Of a DNA stretch of 64,000 bases, positions 49,652 to 62,700 are shown piece after piece. Numbering within the stretch: the stretch's first letter is position 1; every line of letters begins with the position of its first letter. A program made the translations under genes and the position numbers. The stretch lies in the NCBI GenBank assembly GCA_905178155.1, contig CAJINV010000004.1, forward strand, positions 3,885,555 to 3,949,554, in the 5' to 3' direction. The notes under the pieces are model-generated. The model did no database searches, was not told the DNA's origin, and worked only from the letters and a program-made list of their open reading frames with translations. The stretch comes from Amoebophrya sp. A120. Its lineage: Eukaryota > Protista > Dinoflagellata.

Positions 49652-50063
49652 GAGACTTTCAGTAAGCCAAAGAAGCGCCTTTTTTACCACGAGCTGAATC
49701 TTCTTTCTACCAACCTCCTGCAAGACCTGCAGACGTGGCTGGTAGAAAGAAGAATCAGGTGCTGAAAACAAAAAACGGCGTTTCTGAGGCGTTCAGCAAG
49801 CCAAAGAAACGCTTTTTTTACCAGGAGCTGAATCTTCTTTCTACCACCTCCTGCAAGACCTGCAGACGTGGCTGGTAGAAAGAAGAATCAGGCGCGGAAA
49901 GCAAAAAGCTGTGCTTTTTGAGGCTTTCAGTAAGCCAGAGCAACACTTTCTTTACCACGGGCTGAATCTTCTGTCTACCACCTCCTGCAAGACCTGCGGG
50001 TGTGGCTGGTAGAAAGCAGAATCAGGTGCGGAAAGCAAAAAGCGTAGTTTTTGAGGCTTTCAG
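49652..50063. repeat. ~134-bp tandem repeat x3, each unit with a 19-bp hairpin
   Basis: Units start ~49652, 49786, 49920 (partial at 50053); arms CTGAATCTTCTTTCTACCA / TGGTAGAAAGAAGAATCAG. Confidence 0.88.
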
Positions 50064-50656
50064 ATTCGGCCAGCTGGTCAGGATCCTGGTTCCGTCCCAC
50101 TAGTCACCCACCCGGCCGGGCGGGTGAGAAGTGGGACGGCCACAACTCGCCAGAATTTGTTACCCCGCTCTTAGAGTTTGTGCTTGCTAGCATAGATAGT
50201 GAATCCCCGCTTCACCTCGTGGTCCTCGTGTTTCATCTCCGTGTTGGAAGCAATACCTCAGTCACTATCGCAAGTGCCACTTCTTTTATTTTCTTCCCCC
50301 GACCACGAGAAGATGAAGATGGAGAACGCGGCTCACGCTCCTGTGGTCTCTTGCTCCTCCTGAGGGTGATGTTGAGAGCAGCATAGAGATGCAACACAAC
50401 TATGGCCTTGCATGCTTTCGAGCAGTGTAGTTTGAGTGTGCTCCTGTTGCGCGCCAGGACGAGTGTAGCTTTTTACTTATTTTGTGCCCAAGAGGAGCGC
50501 GCCCGGACGAGTGTAGCTGGTGCATATAGCCTTTTTATGATCTACTTGGTTCCCCCGCCGTAGTTCTCGTTAATGCCATCTCGACCAGTCAACAGTGTTG
50601 ACTTTTTTACGTTCATCATCAGCTCCAACTCGTCGTGCTTCCACCAGCAAATGTCT

Positions 50657-50955
50657 TATCATTTGCAAATAGGTCTGGGTCTGGAAGATTGCAACTTGTA
50701 ATGCTGTCTTTGGACGATTCCAAAAAATCTGTATTGCATGAGCAGCAAGTTAGAGGAGTAGCCCTAGACTTTGTGCTCCGCGGAGATGGCATTATTTCTC
50801 GTGCGGAATAGGGATGAGGAAGCGCTCTAAAAATCTGTAATGCTAGGCCATGCATTACAGGCGAGGCATTATGGATCATGCAAAATATGCATGACAAACG
50901 TCTGCACTTCTCATCCAGACCCAGACTGCATAAATATTTGCATGTTATCTGCTTC
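50657..50955. mobile_element. Family A TIR element in non-coding repeat (right end decayed)
   Basis: TIR core; TSD TGTCT/TGCCT; empty paralogous site at 49388-49392. Confidence 0.82.
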
Positions 50956-53469
50956 TGCCTACTCAACTTGCTTCTTCATCTGATGTAGTCGCTGCAAGAC
51001 CTCCTCCGAACCGGACTGACTGATTTCATTTAGTAGAAGTAGTTGTCAGCTCTAGTAGTAGGACCACCGAGGCGGGTCGACGCTTGATGGATTTGACTTG
51101 AGGTTGTCGAGGTAGTTGTACTTCTCTCCTTATCCACGACCTGAGAAATTATTTTCGCCTCGCGGCTAGTAGTCAGTACAGTCAGTCTGTTTCTTGTCAG
51201 CGCCCTGGAGTAAGTAGTAGAGAATGAAGCTCCGTCTGACGAGGGCCAGCGCGGCGGCGCTGCCAAAAATCATGAAAATGAAGCAGAGATGTGACATACT
51301 TAAAAGCACTCAACAAACACGAAACGTACTGACTTATCTTGAGCTGACATCTGAAAGCGCGGGAGGAGCGGGAGGAGCGTAGGGTGTTAGCGCGGGAGGA
51401 GCGGAACTGCGTATTCCCAATCAACTGGTGACGCACGGCATCCGGGATGGCCGCAGCAGGAGTACACACACACGACACTAGAAATATCTGCCCGAGTTGT
51501 AACCACGCCGAAAACACGAAGAAGCAAAACGAACCATGCAAGACAGGAAAAGTACAGCTGGTGCCCAATAAAAATTTCTAAGTCCCGTCGCGTAACATAA
51601 GGCGCGAAGCAAGCACGTTTTTAAAAAGTACGAAAGGAACGCGCAACACACAAAACACACCGCAGGTGCAGGCAGGCGCAAGCCGCGTAAGACTTCTACT
51701 AGAGGAGCGGCGCCTGCGCCAGCCTGTCGGGGAAAGCTCTGCTGTTCTCTCGTTGTTTCGTCCCAAGTGCTTCGTGTCCTGAGTGGATATCAGAATTCGC
51801 ATCAAAACTCTTGCTGGTTGCAAAACCAAGTGCAACCTACACGGACGGGTACGGGGCGCAGGTAGAACGTCTTGCACTTGTTCCCCACAACAGCGGGGGG
51901 ATCGACGAACCCTCGCTGCGGGCTACAGCCTACAGGTAACTCTGTTGCGGTTGCCCCTCATTACTACGTCTTCGCGCAGTGGCTCACTTCTTCTCGTCGA
52001 ACAGGCGTGGCGTCTGGGCACTCTGGTTACGGGCTTCGGTCTCGACCCTGTTGTCGCTCCAGCGCCACAAACCCAAACAACTCCAGTCCCCGAGCCCAGT
52101 CCCTTAACAGGTCCAGAGAGCCACTGAGCACGCAGCAGCTGGGTGGAGTGGGGTGATCGCAGTACAGACTCGGTGTCGGGCCTTGAGCGGTACTAGAAGG
52201 AAGACAACGAGTGGCACTGAAGTCCTAGGTTATGCACACCCGGAAGGGCTATTTGTCCACTTTTACTGGTGGAGGGTTAACTGCTCTGCGGTGCCCGAGT
52301 CTGTCGAACACAAGTAGTCGTACTTGGCGCAAGTTTTAGGCGCTACGCTACTCGCCACACCGCACCCGTACCCGTACCCCGTACAGATCTACTATCCGCT
52401 CGGCTTGTCGGCACCAAAAATATGTCCTATAGTTAAGCTTAAGAAAGAAATAGCTTAGTAGATAGAAGCTTACTATAGAGGTTTCCTCCTCCTCCTCCTA
52501 GTAGAAAATGAAGCTCCGTCTGACGAGGGCCAGCGCGGCGGCGCTGCTTGTGTCGGAGCACAGGCCTGAGAACGGGCGTGCGCTCCGCGCCCGCCGGCCC
52601 GGCGACGAGGGGTTGCAAGGGGGGGCGAGGGGAAAAGAGCGTGGCCGCGGTCAGTGACCATCCCTAGATGCTGAAAGTTTGTTGGCGCGAGAAGCGAAAA
52701 AGAGAAACGGCAGCTCTCCCGCCCCTCCTCCCTTGGTGGGAGCGAAAGAAGCGTAGGCAGAGTCAAGGCCGCTAGGCGCGAGGGGCTGGCAATAGGGGGC
52801 ACAGAGCACAACCGCTTTCCAAGCCTCCACAAACAGGCGCGGCGGAGAGCGTGCGCAGACCCTTTTCGAAGGCGCGGGAGGCTAGCCACAGGAAGCAGAC
52901 CGAAAAGAGCGCGCCGACGGCCGGAAGACTGGAAACCCGGCCGGCACCAACCAAAGGCAGCTCGAAAAAAAAGTAAGGAGGCCAAAGTAAGCCCGCGCCC
53001 GGGGGAGAGGCAAAAAGCCCCGGAAACGGAAGGGGGAGCGCCCGAACAGACTGAAGGGGCGAGCCATAATGTAAAGAAACTAGCCGGAAACACGCCCGGC
53101 GGCCCAAAGAACACGGGGCAAAATCAGGCAGCCCCGCCCGGCGAGGCCGAAGAGTCCGCGGCCGGCAGTGGGCACGCGACGGAGCCCTGCCTGCAGAGCC
53201 ACAGGCGGCAGGGAAAGGCGCAAACTGCCGCCAAACCCCTCGCAACAAGGGGCCAATGGCAAGGGGCGCCAGAATGCAGCAGCACTTCGGCTTGGGGCAG
53301 CCAATCGGCAGCCGCCACCCAGACAGACATCTAAGAGTGTTCGGCAAGGGGAGACCGCAGCCCCAGGCCCCTGCCCGAGGTTCCGTGACAGGCGGCCGGG
53401 GCGAGCTTTTGCTGGTCTCTTGTGTATCTGTCGGGGTTTCTCGCTCCGGCTGCGTTGGCGCGTTTTCTC

Positions 53470-53662
53470 ACTAGTCAGTGTTTTCGCTTTCCCCAAAATC
53501 GGGTTTTTTGTTACTAGTGGCTCCACTAGTGAGCGCCTTCACTAGTGGTGCCTGTCACTACTACGTCTCGCGCTTTTTTGTTACGCTAAAATCACTAGCA
53601 GGATTTCTACTAGTAGCCGTTTTTCTGCTAGCACGATTCTACTAGCAACATTTCTACTAGCA
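53470..53662. repeat. ACTAG-rich short tandem repeats (TTTCTACTAGCA-like)
   Basis: About nine CTAG-containing units just upstream of the gene start at 53721. Confidence 0.65.
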
Positions 53663-53720
53663 CCTTGCACCTCCCCGTCCGCCAGAATTTTTCCAATAGT
53701 ATTGTAGATAATTGTAGAAA

Positions 53721-56700
53721 ATGAAGCTCCGTCTGACGAGGGCCAGCGCGGCGGCGCTGCTTGTGTCGAAGCAACGGCCTACGGTTGTCCATGCCGTTTC
53801 GACGCACAAGGTCGCTAGTTCAGGTACAGGCCTGGTATATTTTTCACTGCGATTTTTTGCACGCATGACGGGCTACATCGACATGATCATGCACATGCCA
53901 GGGTGCTGGTGGTGCTATTCGCTCTAATTATAGCGAATGAGATTGAGAAATTGCAAGAAATAGAAACTTTGATGAAGTTCATCATGCAGGTCGACCAGGA
54001 AGCACGCGGGTGAAAAACCTGGACCAGGAAGCGCTCGGGGATTCCGATGAGGATCCGGCATACCGAGAAGAAAATTCCGGCGAGAGCGATGAGGGTAAAG
54101 AAAGCGACCCGGGGGTCGACTTTGTGCGCCACGACGGAACGATGTGCAGCGGGGTGGCGGCCAAAATCGGGAAGCACGGCTACGGTTACGACGACGACCA
54201 GTCCATTCGGGATTGCGAAGCCCGGTGTCTGGCGAACTCGGGTTCCTGTGCCTCTATCAACTGTAAAAATGTCTGGGTCTGGAAGAATTCATGTTTGTCA
54301 TGCTTGTCTGGCATGACTCTTAAATCTGTCATGCACGTTACCCAAGAGCTGCGTTTTTCTGTGATGCAGAAGCGCAGTTTGTCATGCAGAATAGGCAACA
54401 CCCTAGGAGCTCGGAAACTTGTCATGCTGAGCCAGCATTTGTAGCCTCATCATGAGACGCTACGCAGCATCACAAGTTCCCAGACCCAGGCATTTTTACA
54501 TTTGATAGCCTCCTTCGATTACGTATTCGCGGAACAGTATGGATGTGTCAGAGTTGAAATCGACAAAGTTGAAATAATTTGTCATGCATAAAATGGATGC
54601 CAGTTGGAACCCAGTTTCCAAGTGGCGCATGACAAAAAAATGTCGGTGGTCCCTAAATCCAGTTTGTCATGCTGTTTAGGCAAAGAGGAGTGATTTTCTC
54701 ATGCTACTTTAGCAGCTCGAGCTGTAACCCCAAACAGGCTTACAATCGGCCTCACTTGCCTGCTCTGCAACACACGTATTTCGCGTCATGCATTTTCTGC
54801 ATCACAAGTTTTTCGATTTTGTCAATTTCGATCCTGACGCTTCCATAAACAGGAATTCGACCTGTCGCAGGGCGAGTTGGTGCACGCGAACGTGAAAATC
54901 CCCAAGCGTCGGTGCTACTACCGCGCCGCCGTGGGCTTGGTGTCGCAGACGAACGCGCGGAACTGCTTTTATGGCGTTCTCAAATGTTACATTCTCAACT
55001 GTTACGTGCTTCGTCATGATGCAAAATTGTCATCAGTATCTACGCGATCAAGCTGCTTTGCATATACAAATTCTGGAAGGGGTAAGTAGCATGGAAATCC
55101 GGTCCAAATTTATAATGCAAAACGCGCGCTCATCTTCCCGCTTTCATTTTTGCTGTTCTTGCATCACAAATCTGTGTAAATGTTGAGAATAGAACAGTTG
55201 AGAAGGCCATAGCTTCACGTTGAAGGGCGCAGTCACGGACAAAGTGCTCGGGTTGCTGCAGAAGACGGACTATCAAATGCAAATATGTCTGGGTCTGGAC
55301 GATTGCGAGATTTGTCATGCTTGTCTGGCATGACTCTGCGCTCTGTGTTGCGTGCCCACAAAGATGTCCTCCTGCCTGTCATGCAAAAGCGCAGTTTCTC
55401 ATGCGAAATACGCAGCACAGAAGCACGAAAAAACTTGTCATGCTTAGCGGCGCATTACAGAGAACCGATTGTTCACGGACTTGCATCACAAGTTTCCAGA
55501 CCCAGACATATTTGCAATGGATACGGACTCTGCGACTGATCATCTGCTGCACCACCAGCAGGAGCTGCAGGGCGGGGAGGTGGAGTATGGCATTCTCAAC
55601 TGTTACATTCTCAACTGTTACACGGATTTGTCATGCAAAGTTGCCATCAGCCTCCACTTGACCAAGGTGCTTAGCATGACAAGTTTTCGAATGGCTAAAC
55701 AGCATGATAATCTGTGGCATATCTGTGATGCGAAACCTGCAATATTGCCACTTTTACTATTGCTGTTCTTGCATTACAAATCCATGTAACACTTGAGAAT
55801 ATAACGTTTGAGAACGCCATATGGAGTCTGTTTTCGCGAGAGAGAACGTGGAAAGGAAGAAAAAAGAGGAACAGAAGCTGCGACAAGAAAAAGAAAAGGC
55901 AGCTGCACGGAAGTTTTCTGCAAAAGAAGTTCGGTCCAGGCAGTGGCACGAGGAGGACGAAAGTGCGGGAGAGGAAGACGAGAGTGGGGACCACGAAGAT
56001 ATGCAGTGCAAATACTTATGTCTGGATGTCAATGTCTGGAAACTTGCGATGCTGGGTGGCGTATCATGAGGAGGCAACAAGTGCTGGCTCAGCATGACAA
56101 GTTTCTGAGCTTCGTTCTAGGTGTTGCCTATTCTGCATGACAAACTGCAAAAATTCTGCATGGCAGAAAAATGGGGCTCTTGGGTGAAGACGTGCATGAC
56201 AGATTTAAGAGTCAACATGCCAGACAAGCATGACAAACCTGCACTCTTCCAGACCCAGACATTTTTGCAGTTGATAGAAGATCACGACAGTGCGGAAGAT
56301 TTGAAAAGAGTCCGGCACATGGTGGACGAGGACAGTGAGAATGATATCGCAAGAAAAAAGTGTTACAGTTACACATTGTGTTGCAGGCCAAGCAAGACAG
56401 ACAAGCTCGGTCATGCCTGATATGCATAGGAGCCTCGTTTCATAGGTGTTTTCCCGTAGGATTTCTGCATTACAAGTTTCCTCTCTCATGCAGAGAAATT
56501 TGTGTTGCTGAATTCACTACAAATGTGTAACAGTAACACTTTTCTCGTGGGATAAATGACAAGGACCACTTATTGTGCGGAAAAATCCCCCCTCCCCATT
56601 ACTTAAGTATATCGAATAAAACGCACCAAACGCAAAATTTGTATTGCTGATTTATGTTTATTATCGCAAACACCTACTCTGCAAGCAGGAGCGACTGGAA

Positions 56701-59700
56701 GCTTTGGGCAGACAGTCTGTCATGCCGCGTTTTATTCAGCTGCTACAGTAGAAACATTTATCATGCTGAAAGTAAAAGGCTAGACTTCTAGAAGTAGAAA
56801 CCGAAACAGGAGGGCTAGAATACGCCTCCAGTCCCTTTCTGCAAGACAAAGCCGATTTTTGAGCACAAATCTGCATCACAAATTTTCATTTTGACCATGA
56901 CGAGGGGGGATTTTTCCTTGCAATGCCAAGACCACGAAGAGCACGACAGTGCGGAAGATACGAAAAGGGTCCGGCATATCAAATGTAAAAATGTCTGGGT
57001 CTGGAAGAATCCGAGTTTGTGATGCGAATTCCACAACACGCGCAAATCTCTCATGCATAGGCAGCAAAAGGCTCCCACTTTCTGTCACCAAACAGGGGGA
57101 TTTCTCATGCGGATTAAGCATTGCGGAACGTTCTCGAAATCTGTGATGCTAGGGCTTCCATGACAGACCTTCTGCGTCATGCAAAAACACCATGACAAAA
57201 ATCTGCACTCTTCCAGACCCAGACATTTTTGCATTTGATACGGCACATGGTGGACGAGGACAGTGTATGAACTGCAAAAGTATCGCACTCGTATAGATGC
57301 AATACAAATTTCCTCAGCATCAGAAATAAAATTTGTAATGCGGATCTACCTAAAGAACAAGATTTGTAATGCATGAGCGCAATTATTACTACGAGTACGA
57401 TACTTTTGCACAGGATACAGTGAGAATGACAAGGACCACTCCTCGAGCGACGAGGCTGCGCACGAGTTCGTGGCTACGAAGGAGGCAAATAAAGGAGCAA
57501 AAACTGCCAAAACCTCCTCGGCCAACAAGAAGGAGGACCAAAGCGAGGAAGAGGAGTCCAGCAGTGACGATGGAGAACAAAAACTGAAACAAGCGCATGC
57601 TGAACAACTAGAGGTGAAAAAAAGTTCCGTCGCGCTCCTGCAAGATCAAGACGAAGAAGAAAATATTAAACCAAGTCATGATCAGCACGTCGACCAGAAA
57701 GCAAGCAAAGTAGCAGCCAAGAAGAAGACAACAACTTCTTCTGCTCACACGACCAAAACTGTGGCAGCACACGTTGAGAAAAAGGTTTTACCTTCGGAAG
57801 CTAAAACCAAAGTGAAGAAAACAGCCGCGGCTACGGCGACGACGCAAAAGACGAAAACCCCTGCCGCGGCGGGGTCTCATCATGACGTTGAAACAGCAGC
57901 AGGAACGAAAAAAAGCGACGAGAGTCGGAGTGCTAATAAAAAGCTTTCCACGCCGGTCGCAGCTACACACAAGCACACGACATCAACATCCACCGCACAG
58001 CATGCTGTGGCGGATGGTGCGGAAGTCAAAACCGGTGCCGCAGCGACGTCTTCGAAGAAGAAAACAAGTGTGAAGACCATGGAGGCCAGCGAGCACGACA
58101 CAAAGAAGACTACTACTGCAGCAGCGGCCAAGGAGGTCAAACTCCCCGGCAGCGGCGCGACGGAGGCTTCCTCGAACAAAAAAGCAAAGGGCACAGCAGC
58201 GCCATCTAGTACAACAACTTCCAAAGCTGGCGCTGGAGCGAAGAGGACAGTGGTCTCTGCAGCAACTACGTCATCATCCGTCACAGCAAGTAGTAAAAAG
58301 AGCAAGGCCACCTCTGCAGCACGACCGAGTACTACAAAAAAAGCCCCAGCAACAGCAGCCGCCAGTAAACCCCCGCCGACCGGTATCCAACGAAAAAACT
58401 GTATTCACTGTGATGATTTTGCAAGAACCGCATCACAAGTTTGTTACACATGACACAGAAAATTTGCCATGCGCGTTTCCCAAGGGAAAACACGCTTGAA
58501 AATTCAATGTCTTGCAGGTGTAGCAAGAGAGACACTTTGGTGCTTCATTTTCTGCATCACAAATTCACAGTGAAACAGTTTTTTCTTGCGATAACCGGCG
58601 CGAAAATGAAGGGTATGAAGAAAAAGGACATTGCCCTGATGCAAATGTTATGAACTGCAAAAGTATCGTACGCGTATTGCAATCATGCATTACAAATCTT
58701 TCTCTCAAGGTTAATCCGCATTACAAATTTTATTTTTCATGCTGAGGAGATTTGTAATGCACTGACTTATAGATACGAGTGCGATACTTTTGCACAGGAT
58801 AAATGTCCGAGGCCGAACGGTTGCGGAACACAGCGCTAGAGAACATGTCGGTTGAGGAACGCCGGGAGGTGGCCGAGGAGGCGTATCGCAACGAAGGCCG
58901 GGAGGAAATGGGCGACATGCTGACGGAGGCGGAGATGGAGCTGCGCGAGTTCAACCTGAGGGACCACAGCGCCGGCACTTCTTCTAACCCGCAGACAGAC
59001 CAGGACGAAGGGAACGAAGGTGGCGTCCCGGAAACAGCGGCGGAAAGAGAGGAGGAGAAAATGCAAGCTGCGGAGGAAAAGGAGGCAGCGAAGGTCCAAA
59101 AAGCGAAGGAATTGCAGGAGGAGAAGCGGCGGCGGTACATTCGGGAGTCCGGGTATGGAAGTGTCAGAATCGAAATTGACAAAATGAAAATCGAGAAACT
59201 TGCGACGCATAAAATAGATACCAGTTGGAGCCTCAGTTTGCAAGCGGCGCATGACAAATTTCGGGAGCTGCACGACCCAAATCCAGTCTGTCAGCATGCT
59301 GTTTGGGCAAAGAAGACCGCTCCTGTCGTGCTACTCTGACAGCGCATTGCGTGCCCCTAGTATGAGAGAGGCTTGCAACCGGTCTCATTTGCCTGCTCCC
59401 CAATATTACAGGCCTCCAGTGCCCTACATTTTACGCATCACAAATTTTTCGATTTTGTCGATTTCGATCCTGCCACATCCATACTGGGCTGGAAATCGAG
59501 ATTGCGAAGTCCACCAGCAGTGGGAGCAAAGCGAAAGCTATCGCAAAAAAAAAGTGTTACAGTTACACATTGTCATGCAAGACTGGCAACAGAGACAACC
59601 TTTCTCATGCAGGAAATGCTTCGGAGCTTCGTTTCCCTCCTGCTTTATTCCCTTATGATCTTCGCATTACAACAAGTTTTCTCTGCCACACAGAGAAAAT

Positions 59701-62700
59701 TTGTGATGCAGAAACTCCAACAAGTGTGTAACTGTAACAGTTTTTGCTCGTGATAAAAGCCGGCGGCGGTGCGGGGCACAAGACCATGGAAGTAGATGAG
59801 GAGGCGGAGGACGGTATCCTGAGTAAAAACGTCCCCACCCCATAGTCAAGATGGGCATCTCGCAACACAAATCGAGAAGTTTTGGGAGTCAAGCATGACA
59901 AGTTCCTCTCTGTAGTGTAGTGCAGTTTAGCAAGTACAGCCGCAACACAAATCCATCTAGTCATCCTGTTTACAGCATTTGCATATACAAAGTCCAAAAC
60001 GCGATGGGAAATACCTCTCATGGGGAAGATGCGCATTACAAATCTTGCTGTAACTGCAAATCTGCATGACAACTCTGGGGCGTTTTTACTCAGTATAAAC
60101 GGTAAGCTTTGTCCCATGATCTTTGCTTCTTCTACGTCGGATTCGGAACTACTTCCAGATGAAACACAATAAACGAAGATGCTGCAGCAGCTCCATAGAA
60201 GTACAACGCAATTGCGAGTTGCAGTTCCTCGACGTCGTGTCCACCTTGTCCTGCTTCTTGTAACAGCATCGATCTTCAGAAGTTCTTGCACTTAAACTCA
60301 ATCGTTTGTACCGAGATAATCTCTGCTTACAACAAAAACCGCTCCACGAAATTGAAATAAAGTAAGTATGCCACGCACGTGTTTACAAACATTTCTCGAA
60401 CAACATCAACAGGCGAGGCGCCTACCCTGCTGCTGGAGAGCACCCGGAAACAAGAGGAGGGACAGACAGGTGAGCAAGAGGAAGCTACCGAATTTGGGGA
60501 GAGTGGTCTCGCGAAAACGGTCATGACCGTCGAACAGCTCGACAAGCTGATCGCGGAAAAGGAAAAGCGAGAAAAGGAAGAGGCCGACAGGGACGAAGGT
60601 ATTGTGAGGAGAAACGTCCCCACCCCGTAGTAATCAAGTTTTGGGAGCTATGCATGACAAGTTCCGCCCATATGTAGAAGTGTAGTGCTGTTTGGGAAGG
60701 AGAAGGACAGCAGCATCGCAAAGACGCCTCCTTATCCTGTTTACAGCATTACAAATTTCCGATTCAGAGCACGATTTGTCTTACAAACTCCTTTCTTGCG
60801 GATGTGCATTTACAGATTTTTCTGAAGATGCAAATCTGCATGACAACTGTGGGCTAGTATCGCTATGGGGACGTTTTTCAATGGGATAGAAGGCGAGCGG
60901 CATCATGGGGGAGTGGATGCAGCCCTAGCGGTGGAAAATGCGGAGGACGATGAGGATATCCTGTGGAGGAAAAGTAGCGCACTCGTATTGCAATCATGCA
61001 CTACAATTTTTTTTTTTTAAGGTAAAAAATCCGCATTACAAATTTTACTTCTCATACTGAGGAAATTTGTAATGCATTTTATAGGATACAAGTATAGCGA
61101 TACTTTTGCAGTTCATACAGGAAGAATCTTCCGAGGACGAGGGAAAAAATGAGGAGGCGGAAGACATGGCAAGAGAGGCCCGGAAACAAGAAAAACCGAA
61201 ACGCGCCAAAACGAAGGCAGCTGCTTCTGAGGAGGATGTGGATACAGGAGATGACAAACTGTCGCTGGCGCAGCTGTCGAAGAGGGCGACGGAGAGCGCT
61301 AGTACGGCAGACAAGCAGCTCGCGCTGGCGCAGACCGAGAGGACCGCGCGCACATCGTATCAAATGCAAAAATGTCTGGGTCTCGAAGAATCCGAACTTG
61401 TGATGCGTGTTGCGGATCATACAAAAATCTGTGTTGCATGACTTGCAAAAGGTCCCCAATTCTGGCCATGCTGAGGGGGCATTTCTCATGCAGAATAGGC
61501 ATCACCAAGGGACTGCAGAACGTGTGATGCTACTCCCTGCATTCCAGACTTGGCGGAGCTTGGAAAAACTGCATGACAAGTCTCGGAATCTTCCAGACCT
61601 AGACACTTTTGCACTTGATACATCGCTGCCATCCGCAACGTGCGCGCCGGAGCTGGACATGGTGCAGGAGGGGCTCTTACCAAGTGCAAAAATGTCTGGG
61701 TCTGGAAGAATGCAACTTGTCATGCTAAATCTGAATCATACAAAAATCTGTGTTGCATGATAACCAATAAACCTGTTCACTTTTGAGAAGGCCGAGAGGC
61801 AGTTTCTCACGCAAAAAAGTCATGGTAAAGATCTCGCAGAATCTGTGATGCAAGGGCATGCATCACAGACCTCACACGTCATGCAAAACCTGCATGACAA
61901 GTCTGGCATTCTTCCAGACCCAGACATTTTTGCATTTGATAATTTTCTGCCGGCATGCAGTACATGTTCGACGATAGCTATCCCACGAAAAAACTGTTTC
62001 ACTGTGATGATCTTGCAAGATCCGCATCACAAGTTTGTTACACATGACACAGAAGTAAATTTGCCATGCGCGGCGCTTCCAAAGCGAAAACACCGTTAAA
62101 GAGGCGAGGTCTTGCAGGTGTGGCAAGACAAATAGATCTGTGTTTCATTCTATGCATCTTCACAAGTTCACCATGAAGCAGTTTTTTTCTTGCGATAATA
62201 GCGCGGGCACCGAGGCGATGTTGGGCGCCATTAGGCAGGCGCTTTGGAAGCCCGACTATCCTTAGGAAAAACGTCCCGACCCCAGAATCAAGATGGGGAT
62301 TTTGCAACACAAACCTTGAAGTTTTGGGAGCCCGGAATGAAAAATTCCAGGCTGTAGCGTGGTGCAGTTTGGCAAGGGAAGTTGCATTACAAATCCATCT
62401 GCTAATCCTGTTTACAGCATTACAAGTTCCAAAACACGATCGGAAATGCCTACGATAGGGATCATGCGCATTACAAATGCTCTTGTGCTTGCAGATCTGC
62501 ATGACAATTCTGGGGTGGTGAGGTTTTTACACAGGATACCGACGGAGCCATCATCACAGCAGCTGGAGGACCGACGCAAACCGCGTTTCAGATGTGTGAG
62601 TTATCCTGTGCAGAAGTATCGTACTCGTACTTCTAATTGCATTCATGCATTACAAATCTCATTCTCAGTGTTTAAATCCGCATTACAAATTTTATTTCTC

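Larger units (their letters stand above)
48534..53759 (+). repeat. Five dispersed copies of a 46-bp direct repeat equal to the start of the downstream gene
   Basis: GTAGARAATGAAGCTCCGTCTGACGAGGGCCAGCGCGGCGGCGCTG at 48534, 49600, 51217, 52501, 53714. Confidence 0.92.

Noticed and set aside
52498-53660. CACTA transposon bounded by CTAGTAGAAA / TTTCTACTAG
   Set aside because: Ends lack CACTA, and there is no clear TSD or transposase; kept only as a short-repeat annotation.
48534-53759. CRISPR array interpretation of the 46-bp repeat
   Set aside because: Spacers are 1.0-1.6 kb and partly homologous, there are no cas genes, and the context is eukaryotic.
57470-58383. Histone H1-like stand-alone gene
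   Set aside because: It is a K/A/T/S low-complexity exon in frame with flanking exons of the 53721 gene; no globular H1 domain.
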